Of a stretch of 64,000 nt of DNA, positions 54,301 to 63,189 are shown one piece after another; position 1 is the stretch's first letter, and every line of letters begins with the position of its first letter. The notes beneath the pieces were generated by a model. That model had not been told where the DNA came from and searched no databases. It saw only the letters and a list, made by a program, of their open reading frames with translations. The stretch comes from Planctomycetota bacterium. GTDB taxonomy: Bacteria > Planctomycetota > Brocadiia > JAADGH01. The translations under genes and the position numbers were made by a program. The stretch is from contig JBFMAD010000001.1 in NCBI GenBank assembly GCA_040755855.1, positions 128,001 through 192,000 of the forward strand, given 5' to 3'.

Positions 54301-56857
54301 CGGCCGCACCTATGCCATCGCAATAGCGCAGTTGAACGATGACAACGCAGACGGCTCAATCAACGACCTCGACTCGGCGGACATCGTCGCCGGCAACTGG
54401 GGCACGGCTTCCCAGCAGTATTGGAGCAGGATATACTTCAATCAAGGCGGCGGCGTGTTCACCGATGCAGGATCAATCACTCTGGACACGACGTATCGCC
54501 AGACCGACGGCGTCGCCGTCGCCGATGTGGATAATGACGGCGACCAGGATATCGTTCTCGGCAATTGGGCCTATCAGTGCAGGCAGTTCCTGAACGATGG
54601 CGCCGGGGGGTTTGCGACGGTGTCAAATGTGGACGCAACCGCCTACCAGACGCGGGCCATCGCCGCCGCCGACATGAACAATGACGGCTGGATGGATCTC
54701 ATCACGGCGAACTACGGCACCCTGGGCAGACTGTATATCAACAACAGGGCTGGCGGATTCCAGGCCGCGCAAACCATCACCACGTCCAACTACAACCTGA
54801 CTTCCATCGCGGTGGCCGAATTTGATCCTCCCCCGCGCAACACGGCGCGGTGGATCGTCCAGATCCCGAAGAAGGCCGTTCAGCAGGCCCTCCTGTCGGC
54901 GGGCGTGACAACGGGCGAAGGAGCGATTCGGGTTACCACCCGCATCGGCAACGATCTGACCACGGGCGTCTTCTGGCCCTTGCAGGCGAACCTGGCTGAT
55001 GATATCACCGGCCGGAACAAGCCAGCCAACGTGAGCCGGACGACAACCTGGTGGGTGAACGAATCCAAGAAGGTGCCCTTCTCGGAGCGCTACCAATTCA
55101 ACGGCGATCCGAGGCACTGTCCGTACGCCGACCTGCGGTACAACGGCGCCACCCCTCCGACGAATACGCCCTTCGCCGACGGGTACAACTGGTACTTCTG
55201 CGATCTCAAGGATGGGAGCGGCGACGGCGTGGCGGAGTGGGGCAACGGCTTCGAGGACGGCAGGCTGGAGGACGGATGGTCGAGCAACAACTGCGAGTTT
55301 GACGTGCCGCGGTACTTCTACTGGTTCCGCCAGGCCATCATCGAGAGCCGGGCCGTCTTCACCACGCTGACCGGCTTCTCCTTCTACTATATGTGCATGG
55401 GCGGCGAGGTGGGATATGACTCGGCCAACGGCCCATGTTTCGAGTACGGCGTGCCGGTAAACGCAAAGATATGGAACGGCGACGTGCAGGTGAACGGTTC
55501 GACCTGGAGCGGCGACGACCCGGCGGCGGAGACGCAGCTCAACGACAGCGGCTCGAGCGGCAACCGCAAAGGCGCGAAGCTGGTGGTCGCCGACTACGAG
55601 ATGCCCGCGGGCAGCGGCGTCCGGTGGTGGAGCAAACCGTGGCTGGGCGAGATCTACCCCGACCATCTCTACATGACGGAATGGCGCTGGCCGGAAGACG
55701 GCGAGCCGGCTGTGGCCGAGCTGCGCGGCAACCTCCCCACCGGAAATGGATCCGACACATTCCGATGGATGAGCCGCGGCTGGGTCTGCCAGAACAACTC
55801 GCCCTGGGCGGGCAACGGCCGGCCTTACGGCACCACCTACGATTTTTCCGTCCGGCGGTCGGAGACGCGGGGCTGCACGTCAATGTTCAACTCTGTGGCG
55901 GCCGGCGGGAATGCATTCCGACACATCTTCAAGGCCTACGGGAGCCTGGGCACACTGCAGCCGCCTGGAGAGCAGTTGGCGAATCGGTACTATTTCCCTG
56001 TTCCCACGCAAACAAAAATTAGCCGTCCCTTCCAGCTTAATGCGACGAACGACTTCCCGAACGAGTGGAACTACTATCCTTACAACCAGCGGAACCTGTC
56101 GGAGATTCCCTACCGGATGACGGACCCGGATACCGGTGCGCAGGTCCCGCAGAAGTTCTACAACCACAACGAAGACCCGGCCAATCTGATCGGCAGCGGC
56201 ATCGTCCGCACGATGGCCCCGGCCATAGACGCCGATGGCAACGCGAAGCTGGACAGCCTCGAAAAATGCGGCTACATCGTCGTCAACGGCATTGACAAGA
56301 CGACAGAGACGGGAACGGCGTTCATTGGGAAGTATTCCCTGCTGACGCTGATCCACAGCTTCCTGGCCTGCGGCCATCCGAACCTGCAGGACGCCACGAT
56401 TGACTATCGGATCACGCAGCTCCCGCGCGTCGAGATCAAGAGCCCGACGCTGGAGACGGAGCTGGACGACCCGGCGGGTCCCGAATCGGTGCAATGGGAG
56501 GTCAAGTGGCTCCGGTGGGACAAACAGCCGTACACCGCCGAATACGCCGACACCTTTGCCCAGGATGAGGGCGATCTGAAGTACGTCGTGATGTACAGCC
56601 GCGACAACGCGGAGACCTGGCAGTACATGTCCGACGACACCAACGTGCTCGCGCCGGACGGCCCGGGCCTCGGGTACCACTACAACGATCCGCACCTCCT
56701 TGCCGATTCCGTGGTCGGAGACGAAGTCTTCATGTGGAATATCGGCAACGAGACAAAGTTCCCGGAGGGCAGCTACCTGATCCGGGTGGAGTGCTACCGC
56801 GAGGGGTGCCCGCTGCACTATTCGTATCATATTGAGAAGATTTTCATCAGCAGATGA
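51365..56857 (+). CDS. Giant (~1830 aa) prepilin-type protein (PilV-like N-terminus) with FG-GAP/VCBS propeller
   Basis: Class III signal SAG|FTLLEVMICVVMLAV; DxDGDGxxDxxxGN repeats at ~53650-54830; SD GGAGG. Confidence 0.85.
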   Translation: MKRLRLAPSAGFTLLEVMICVVMLAVTFVAAVGFTTGAWRSTESNEDRVFAVQKAISILNEIHSFLETPIEETDGEGNTTTRAKTIIDLDALDDGVVTTPLLTIEDEVTDPGHALSNNLRMEGERDDWDSGGKTDWWKFERQVIVRPLYEQGIIVSRDVRIVLVKVFGYRKDGRKASLAEVGTIMRTTAEAYPTTQVYDVYCIAIDTIPGWWVYMSYVKPFIETCLKDLENRNPGLDIREHWITKAGYGRDPEYAPYFNSAADSEQPVDRVYWYPSTMPEIVTATNRARDVDKYYAPDRVKARINVDEALQNDFNADKNAFPYAVADQWNHSHRFTENREYYEKRGGRDGEGEPPYSYLLDDMSLNPGNYLNAIIINIHGELMPIPPVHNSADAAKDPEDHPGWRVVTHPEKIWTDSDNPGDADANGTPDWEDPNDPNAYINLRVYAWVAPGQDTAAGGAPYPMANDANTVNPNKQGYFTTDPNSHPNTLLPLAGIEYMPGDDPSAAGGNNVANNNVPITLAIELEKPGGEIVSLNLADPSFLPADCPKPRVWKVEGGFDLAKADPADPTPAPDGQQDDYWVAECRLYDDMTPGPNGDAVQKSTVAYNGEMYARFAPANPAIGQPVDAGIRSQRGMFGENRQTTVLELYNTPLYTPQVCAPNGGPNSLKGLLNRRGSAGTRWHLYEMEYIPSSPDNGMWSGSAFTNDWSDSAGVCPFYYSDSDGDGDLDKQIATTAAPWNSFPLSLRSQGRPHPYVRNLAWPGSPDVVFARGNYTNAASNQTNKLSLSGTSWTISDAHSDAHDTRAIVAGDVDGDGDMDFIAGNWSTSQRLRLYRNDGFGAFTGSNAGDLSNKTTALALADLDGDGALDIVEGNGGASNQDLSAANYVYYGQFTDNGGTAAFEPHLGDVWTGFENGVDIDGGTNRDTRAIAVGDVDGDHDLDIVAGNGAQVSSAGQLSVVYLNNGDGTFAAPADIGSAVGRTYAIAIAQLNDDNADGSINDLDSADIVAGNWGTASQQYWSRIYFNQGGGVFTDAGSITLDTTYRQTDGVAVADVDNDGDQDIVLGNWAYQCRQFLNDGAGGFATVSNVDATAYQTRAIAAADMNNDGWMDLITANYGTLGRLYINNRAGGFQAAQTITTSNYNLTSIAVAEFDPPPRNTARWIVQIPKKAVQQALLSAGVTTGEGAIRVTTRIGNDLTTGVFWPLQANLADDITGRNKPANVSRTTTWWVNESKKVPFSERYQFNGDPRHCPYADLRYNGATPPTNTPFADGYNWYFCDLKDGSGDGVAEWGNGFEDGRLEDGWSSNNCEFDVPRYFYWFRQAIIESRAVFTTLTGFSFYYMCMGGEVGYDSANGPCFEYGVPVNAKIWNGDVQVNGSTWSGDDPAAETQLNDSGSSGNRKGAKLVVADYEMPAGSGVRWWSKPWLGEIYPDHLYMTEWRWPEDGEPAVAELRGNLPTGNGSDTFRWMSRGWVCQNNSPWAGNGRPYGTTYDFSVRRSETRGCTSMFNSVAAGGNAFRHIFKAYGSLGTLQPPGEQLANRYYFPVPTQTKISRPFQLNATNDFPNEWNYYPYNQRNLSEIPYRMTDPDTGAQVPQKFYNHNEDPANLIGSGIVRTMAPAIDADGNAKLDSLEKCGYIVVNGIDKTTETGTAFIGKYSLLTLIHSFLACGHPNLQDATIDYRITQLPRVEIKSPTLETELDDPAGPESVQWEVKWLRWDKQPYTAEYADTFAQDEGDLKYVVMYSRDNAETWQYMSDDTNVLAPDGPGLGYHYNDPHLLADSVVGDEVFMWNIGNETKFPEGSYLIRVECYREGCPLHYSYHIEKIFISR

Positions 56858-56887
56858 CATCTAAAAACGTTTCAAAGGGATAACAAA

Positions 56888-58147
56888 ATGCGACCCAAGG
56901 CAGTAACCAACGCCGGTTTCTCACTGTTGGAAGTGATGATGGTGGTCGTCATCATGGTGATCGTGTGCGCCTTGTTCTATGAGGTGACGATGTACACCGC
57001 CGATGCGACCCAGTATGCGCTGGCCTTCAACCAGATGGCGTCGTCCTGCCAGAAGGCGTCCAACCAGCTCAAGGAAGACCTTGCCACGGCGAAGGAGGTC
57101 CTCGGCCTCCGGTTCGAGCCGGGCACCGATCCTCCTGTGGCTTCGGACACCTATGCGCCTAATATCCGCGTGGCCGAGTACCGCAGGGAACTGACCCTTC
57201 CCGCCGACGCCCCTCCTATCGGCGTGGAACTCGTGGCGAGGGAAGGGACGGGCATCCTGCCCGTTCTCGATCCGAACGGCGCCTTCGGTCCCGATGACGC
57301 GACCACGCAACGAACGGGCAACTGCCTGATGTTTATCAAGACGGATCCCGCCTTCTCGGCGCGGGCGCGATACGGCCCCGAGGATCAATTCGACCCGGAG
57401 ATAAACACGCGCCTCATCATGATTGACGTCTACCGCATCGTCTATTACTATCTCACCGTGATGCAAGGCGGGAATGTGGGTGGGATGGAAGACTCGCTCA
57501 GTCTTATTCGGTGGGAATCCATCCGCTTTGTGGACAAGGAACAACTTGAGTCCCTCGCCGAGCGCGATCCCCTTCCCACCCCGGAAGGCGCGACCCAGGC
57601 GGAGAAGGATGCCACACTGCCCGTCATGCAGTCGGATTTTATCCGACAGCTTGTGGAAGATGCGGGCATAAACTACTGCTGGGACACGACGCAGAATGCG
57701 GACACAGCGTTCTACGAACTCGTGCAGGACGCCGGCTCCGGCGACTATATGGTCGCCAGCGCCCCGATTTCCGCCTTTGAGGTATCGTCTTCGGACTTGA
57801 ACATCCCCATGTCCAAGTATGAGCACGTCGTCCTGAATCTTGAGGCTAAGCAGGCCACAATATCCTGGAACACTCAATCTAACCTGTTCATCGCCGGGAT
57901 GGGCGTAGCGTTCAGGGAGAACTACAAACAGTGGTTTCCTTTCAAGTCGCCGGTCATGGTGCCGCGTTTCGGCTATCCCGATATTTCTCTCGCGGGCAGG
58001 GGGTTCCCCCACGGCCTCGAGGTGCAGGTCATCGGCCCGTCCGGCGCCAGGCAGGTACTTGTGCGGCTTGTCCTCGTCAAAGAGACCATGCGGCACCGAA
58101 CGGCCGCTCACGAGACGGTCACGATCGTCGCCACAAGGGACTTCTAA
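56888..58147 (+). CDS. PilW/GspJ-like minor pilin
   Basis: NAG|FSLLEVMMVVVIMVIV class III signal, long alpha-1 helix ending L.EDL..A. Confidence 0.8.
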   Translation: MRPKAVTNAGFSLLEVMMVVVIMVIVCALFYEVTMYTADATQYALAFNQMASSCQKASNQLKEDLATAKEVLGLRFEPGTDPPVASDTYAPNIRVAEYRRELTLPADAPPIGVELVAREGTGILPVLDPNGAFGPDDATTQRTGNCLMFIKTDPAFSARARYGPEDQFDPEINTRLIMIDVYRIVYYYLTVMQGGNVGGMEDSLSLIRWESIRFVDKEQLESLAERDPLPTPEGATQAEKDATLPVMQSDFIRQLVEDAGINYCWDTTQNADTAFYELVQDAGSGDYMVASAPISAFEVSSSDLNIPMSKYEHVVLNLEAKQATISWNTQSNLFIAGMGVAFRENYKQWFPFKSPVMVPRFGYPDISLAGRGFPHGLEVQVIGPSGARQVLVRLVLVKETMRHRTAAHETVTIVATRDF

Positions 58148-58177
58148 CGCAGGCGCGGCCTGCAATCCGGTGGCGCC

Positions 58178-59170
58178 CTATGCCTCGACGTCCTCCTCGC
58201 CAATCACGCATCTGCGATACGGCCCGACAAGAAACGAGTCAATCGTGAGTTGCGTCGCGTGGTAGATCAGGATCGGCAGGGCGATGAACACGAGCGTCTC
58301 ATCCGGCCGGGCCGCGGCGATCATCTCGGCGATGTAGATCCCCACTGGAAGCGTCTTTTGGCTGCCCCCAAACATGACGGCGCCGACATCCTCCGCCGGC
58401 GCGCCCAGGGACCGGGCGACCAGCGCGCACCCAACCAGCGCAAAGAGATGCCCCGCGCCCACGGCGACCACAAGCAGCGCCACGGTCGCGCCCGTCAGGC
58501 CCGCGCCCTCCGCCCGCGCCGCCGTCTGGCTTGCGTGGGACACGGCCACGAGGACCACGAGCAGGATAAGCAGCTGGCACACCCCGCTGATGACGCGCTT
58601 CCGCCGGTCGGCGAACGCGCCGAACCAAATCCGCAGGACCTGCCCCAGCGCCACCGGGATCACAATCGCCGTGAACAGGCTGGTCATGATCCGCCCGAAG
58701 GGCGGCGACACCGCGCTGCCGAGCGTAACCAACAGGATGATCGGCGAGAAGATAAAGCTCGTCAGGTTGCTCACAATGGTGATGGCCAGGGCCAGGGCGT
58801 CGTTCCCCCCGGCGAGGCGCGTCCAGATTGCGGCCGAAGCCAGGGTGCACGGCGTCGCCCCGCAGGCAATCAGGCCGAGCGCAAGGTCCGGATTTCCTGG
58901 GAAAAAGACTCGTCCGAGGAGATACAGGGACAGAGCGGTCAGGATGTATCCCCCCACCACCGCCGAGGCAAGGCCGCGAACATTGAGGAAACTACGGAAG
59001 ATCGCCCCAGTCTTCAGCGAGAAGCTCATCAGGAACAGCGTCGGCATGATAAACCACTGGATTGAGAGGCTCTTTCGGAGAAACAGGCCCGGGCCGGGGC
59101 AGAAGTAACCGAAAAGCACCGCGCCGACCAACACAAATAGAAACCATTGCTTGCGAACAAAGTCTCGCAT
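58178..59170 (-). CDS. Bile acid:sodium symporter family transporter
   Basis: QWFL, PCTLASA..WT..AGGN.ALA...SN, SQKTL and YH..QL motifs. Confidence 0.9.
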   Translation of the reverse strand: MRDFVRKQWFLFVLVGAVLFGYFCPGPGLFLRKSLSIQWFIMPTLFLMSFSLKTGAIFRSFLNVRGLASAVVGGYILTALSLYLLGRVFFPGNPDLALGLIACGATPCTLASAAIWTRLAGGNDALALAITIVSNLTSFIFSPIILLVTLGSAVSPPFGRIMTSLFTAIVIPVALGQVLRIWFGAFADRRKRVISGVCQLLILLVVLVAVSHASQTAARAEGAGLTGATVALLVVAVGAGHLFALVGCALVARSLGAPAEDVGAVMFGGSQKTLPVGIYIAEMIAAARPDETLVFIALPILIYHATQLTIDSFLVGPYRRCVIGEEDVEA

Positions 59171-59183
59171 TATGCCGCGCTCC

Positions 59184-60062
59184 CTACTCGATGCTCCTTT
59201 TTCGGTATTCCATCGGTGTGCACCTAAAAATCTTCTTGAACATCCGATGCATGTGACTCTGATCCGTGTATCCCCACTGCTTCGCAATCGCGGCGATCTT
59301 AGCATCCGTTGTCGCCAGGTCGTGCGCCGCCCGCGCAACGCGCGCCCGCTGGACGAAGTCGCCGAAGGTGACGCCGGTCGTTCGCCGGAAGACCGATGCG
59401 AACTGTGACCGGCTGAGCCCCGCCGCCCGGCAGGCATCGGCTATGGTGACCTGCCGCGGCAGACGCTGCCGGACCATCGCCATGACCTGCTCGATGCGAT
59501 GAAAGTCCGTCGTCGTTCCTTCTGCCGATGCAGGCTCGGACTTTCGCAGTAGCGGAAGGAGGAGCCGCTTCAGGCACAGCCGCGCGGCCGCCAGGTAGTG
59601 GGGCCGGCGGAGACGGCACTCCTCCTCCAACTCGAGCGCGAGGCGCGTGGCCGCTTGCCCATCCTTGCGCGTCAGCGTGAGCCGCCGGTTCTCCGGCGCA
59701 TGATTCAGGAAGAGCCGTCCCCACGGCGCATCAACCCCCTCACCTTCCCACAGAAACTCCAACAGGAACGTGGCCACCACCGCGCGGGTGGGGGTCTTGA
59801 TCGTTTGATGACCATGCGGTTCCCACACGCCGCAAAGCCATACCTGACCGGGAGTTACGTGCCGAGATAGGCCCTCATAAATACGAAGGTATTCCCCCCG
59901 GAGGACCACGCCCACCTCGCAGGCCGAGTGCACGTCATAGGCCGGGCGCTCGTCCCTCGGGCGCTCCCCAATCCGCACCGAGATTGGTGCGTCGGGGCTG
60001 AGGGGCAGACGCATCGTCCTCGCCTGCGATAGGAAGCCTACGGCCTTTTCGTTTCTCGCCAT
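59184..60062 (-). CDS. AraC-family transcriptional regulator
   Basis: Cupin H...E...PH motifs; C-terminal LS.SQF...FRR.TG.TF, IA..WGY.DQSH..R.FK....TP.EYR. Confidence 0.95.
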   Translation of the reverse strand: MARNEKAVGFLSQARTMRLPLSPDAPISVRIGERPRDERPAYDVHSACEVGVVLRGEYLRIYEGLSRHVTPGQVWLCGVWEPHGHQTIKTPTRAVVATFLLEFLWEGEGVDAPWGRLFLNHAPENRRLTLTRKDGQAATRLALELEEECRLRRPHYLAAARLCLKRLLLPLLRKSEPASAEGTTTDFHRIEQVMAMVRQRLPRQVTIADACRAAGLSRSQFASVFRRTTGVTFGDFVQRARVARAAHDLATTDAKIAAIAKQWGYTDQSHMHRMFKKIFRCTPMEYRKRSIE

Positions 60063-60132
60063 TCAGCACCCTCCATCCCACGATAGTGGACGATTATACA
60101 AGGAAAACAGTGTCCCGTCCAACCGTTTTTGA

Positions 60133-60161
60133 TTGACGGTTCTCGGGAGGAGGGGTATACA
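60133..60161 (+). promoter_or_regulatory. sigma70-type promoter of the GH4-sulfatase operon
   Basis: TTGACG-17 bp-TATACA, divergent from a TATAAT at 60093-60098 on the minus strand. Confidence 0.5.
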
Positions 60162-60211
60162 GGTGCATGTTGGCCGTGTTGATGCGAACGGGACTTTTGG
60201 AGGAGTGTTCG

Positions 60212-61510
60212 ATGGCTAAGAGAAAGAAGATCGTTTTTCTCGGCGCGGGGAGCGCGATATTCACAGAACGCCTCATGGCCGATCTGATCCGGCAGAAGGA
60301 CATGCCGCACGTGGACGTGGTGATGCACGACATCAACCCGCGGGTGCTGAGATACATGACCGCTTACACCCGTATGATGGCCGAGCGCGAGGGGGCCGAC
60401 ATCACAGTCACCGGCGAGCGCAGCCGCGCGCGGGCGTTCGACGGCGCGGACTTCATCATCATCACGTTGACCGTGGGCGGAGGAAAGCAGGACCTCGTCA
60501 CCGTCGAGACGCCGTTGAAGTACGGGTTCTACCAACCCGTCGGTGACACGCTCGGCCCCGGCGGGCTGATGCGAATTTACTCCTCTTACTCAACCTTCAA
60601 GGGCTTCGTCACGGACATGCAGAAGTACTGCCCCCAGGTACTTGTAATCAACTTCACCAACCCGATGACCATGGTCTGCCGGCTGATGAATCGCCTGAGC
60701 GAGCACAAGGTGAAGGTGGTCGGCCTCTGTCATGGGACGTGGGGGATCACGAGGCAGATCGCGGCCAAGTTGAACCTCGATCCGCGAGAGATCAAGGTCG
60801 TCCCGGCGGGCGTGAACCACTTCATCTGGTTCTTGAAGATCACGCACAAGGGGAAAGATCTGTACCCGCAAATCCGAAAGGATCTGCTCGAAAAGACTGA
60901 CGGGAAGCTCTGGCCGGTCACGATGGAACTTCTTCGCATCTACGGATATTATCCCTCGCCGGGCTGCAGCCATCTCGCCGAGTTTGTGCCGTTCTATCTC
61001 AAGTCCAAGGAGACGATGGAGAAATACGGCCTACGACAGCGCGACAATCGCGAGACAAATCGGCGCAAGAACGAGGCCAGGAAGTTCTGCGAGGACGTTG
61101 TTAGCGGGAAGAAGGAACTGCCTCCGTTGAAGGACTCCGGCGAGATGGCCATGCAGATCATCCGCTCAACCGTCAACGATCTGGGCAAGACGTATTACGC
61201 CAATATCCCGAACAAGGGATACATCTCCAATCTGCCCGATGAGATCGTGGTGGAGGTGCCTGTTCGGTTCCGAAGGAACAGCTTCGAGGGCGTGAAGGTC
61301 GGCCCGCTGCCGCAAGGGATCAAGAGCCTCATCACCCCGATCATCGAGACGCAGGAGCTGGGCGTCGATGCCTCGATTCGCGGCGACCGCGCCCTTGCCC
61401 TTCAGGCGCTTCTCTCCGATCCAAACGTCAATGACGTCGAAAAGGCAGAGAAGATGTTGGATGATATGTTGAGAAAGTCGAAAAGTTACGTTCCTCAGTT
61501 TGCGCGTTAA
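60212..61510 (+). CDS. GH4 NAD-dependent glycosidase (alpha-galactosidase MelA-like)
   Basis: IVFLGAGS, GDTLGPGG, NFTNP, GLCHG, AGVNHF.W, H.AEF.P. Confidence 0.93.
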   Translation: MAKRKKIVFLGAGSAIFTERLMADLIRQKDMPHVDVVMHDINPRVLRYMTAYTRMMAEREGADITVTGERSRARAFDGADFIIITLTVGGGKQDLVTVETPLKYGFYQPVGDTLGPGGLMRIYSSYSTFKGFVTDMQKYCPQVLVINFTNPMTMVCRLMNRLSEHKVKVVGLCHGTWGITRQIAAKLNLDPREIKVVPAGVNHFIWFLKITHKGKDLYPQIRKDLLEKTDGKLWPVTMELLRIYGYYPSPGCSHLAEFVPFYLKSKETMEKYGLRQRDNRETNRRKNEARKFCEDVVSGKKELPPLKDSGEMAMQIIRSTVNDLGKTYYANIPNKGYISNLPDEIVVEVPVRFRRNSFEGVKVGPLPQGIKSLITPIIETQELGVDASIRGDRALALQALLSDPNVNDVEKAEKMLDDMLRKSKSYVPQFAR

Positions 61511-61572
61511 ACTGAAAGGGCGCAAAGCGCAAAATGTTTTCCCGCAGAAGCCGTAGAAGAGGAAAATGAGTC

Positions 61573-63174
61573 GTGGCTCATAGGCCGAACGTGGTTATCA
61601 TCCTGACGGATCATCAAGGCGTGGATTCGCTCGCGTGCTATGGCCATGAGCGGCACAGCCCGGCAACCGACCGTTTGGCAAAGGAGGGGATGTGTTTTAC
61701 CCACGCTACGACCACGACGGGCATCTGCGCCCCTGCCCGATGCGCCATGCAGACAGGATACTTTGCGCATTATCTGGGGATTCCAAACAACCTGTGGAGT
61801 TCCCGGCAGGTGGCGCATTCTCCGGGCTTGCTGGTTCCGCCCGAATTTGGAATACGCACGATTCCCTCCTATATGAAGGAAGCGGGCTATCTGTGCGGCC
61901 TGGTGGGCAAGCTCCACATGTCGGGCTCGCCCCCGAAGCATGGCTATGATGATTACCTGGATTTCCTCGGCGGCGCGAAAGACCGAAACCGGCACATCGC
62001 TCCGCGTCCTTTTCGCGACTATCTTGCCGCCCAGGGGGTGAAGGTCGAGGGGCCTGTGCGCGTGGATCAGGCGGAGCGAGGCATAAGGTTTTATCGCAGC
62101 GGCAAGTGGCATGCGATGAGCGCACGCCTGCTGGACTATGCGGCGGAGCACACCGGCGCGGCGTTCATCTTCAGCGAAGGCATCCGTCTCATCGAGGCCT
62201 ATGCGCGCACAGGCCAGCCTTTCCTCGCCCAGATTCACCTGAGCCAGGAGCCGCACTGGCCTTACATTGTGCCCGAGCCTTATGCCAACATGTATGACCC
62301 GGGCCGCATCCCGCCTTGGCCGAACTTCGACGACCAGTTGAGCCACCATCCGCTGACCCATCGCTTGCGCCGCGAAGCCTGGCTGACGCAGAATGAGCCA
62401 TGGGCGCGCTGGGCCGAATCCATCTCGAAGCATTATGGGATGTGCGCCATGGTGGAAGATCAGGCGGCGCGGCTGCTGGCCTGTCTCGATCGGCTGGGCG
62501 TGGCGGACAACACAATGGTCATCTGGACTGCCGACCACGGCGCACCCAACGGCGCTCACGGCGTGTTCGACAAGGACGCGCGCATGATAGACGAACTTTA
62601 CCGCATCCCGATGCTCGTTCGCTGGCCGGCCGGCAGCGTCGCCGCGGGCACAGTCAGCGATCAGTTCGTCCAGACGATTGACATCCTACCCACGCTGCTG
62701 GAGATGGCCAGAGCGCCTGTGCCGCCCGACCTGCACGGCAAGAGCATGCTGCCGATCCTGCGCGGCGACCCGGATGCACCGAAGCGCGACTATGCCTTCT
62801 GGACTTCAGGCGGCGACCCGTTTGCGTTGGCCTCTGTCCGAGGGATACGCACCGAGCGGTTCAAGTACATCTACAACGCCTATGACATGGACGAGTTCTA
62901 CGATCTTGAACTCGACCCGGCCGAAATGACCAACCGGATTGACGATCCGAAGTATCAGGACGAAATCCAGCGCCTGAAGAAACTCTTGCGGACCGAGATG
63001 GAGCGCACGGGCGACCCGTTGACGGCGTTCAGTGGCTGGCATCTGTTACGCGAAGGCGAAAGCCAACCGCCCGACACCGCCGAGTGGACTATCTCCCCAG
63101 GCGAGTCATATCCGCATGCGCCCGAAATGGTTCTCGCCGATCTCGGCTGTTACAAACTCCATCCCAAATCCTGA
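61573..63174 (+). CDS. Formylglycine-dependent (S1) sulfatase, no signal peptide
   Basis: PNV..ILTD, CAPAR (CxPxR), GKLH, PH, TADHG, DK, YDL..DP.E..N. Confidence 0.95.
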   Translation: MAHRPNVVIILTDHQGVDSLACYGHERHSPATDRLAKEGMCFTHATTTTGICAPARCAMQTGYFAHYLGIPNNLWSSRQVAHSPGLLVPPEFGIRTIPSYMKEAGYLCGLVGKLHMSGSPPKHGYDDYLDFLGGAKDRNRHIAPRPFRDYLAAQGVKVEGPVRVDQAERGIRFYRSGKWHAMSARLLDYAAEHTGAAFIFSEGIRLIEAYARTGQPFLAQIHLSQEPHWPYIVPEPYANMYDPGRIPPWPNFDDQLSHHPLTHRLRREAWLTQNEPWARWAESISKHYGMCAMVEDQAARLLACLDRLGVADNTMVIWTADHGAPNGAHGVFDKDARMIDELYRIPMLVRWPAGSVAAGTVSDQFVQTIDILPTLLEMARAPVPPDLHGKSMLPILRGDPDAPKRDYAFWTSGGDPFALASVRGIRTERFKYIYNAYDMDEFYDLELDPAEMTNRIDDPKYQDEIQRLKKLLRTEMERTGDPLTAFSGWHLLREGESQPPDTAEWTISPGESYPHAPEMVLADLGCYKLHPKS

Positions 63175-63189
63175 GGAGCAGACCCCCCA

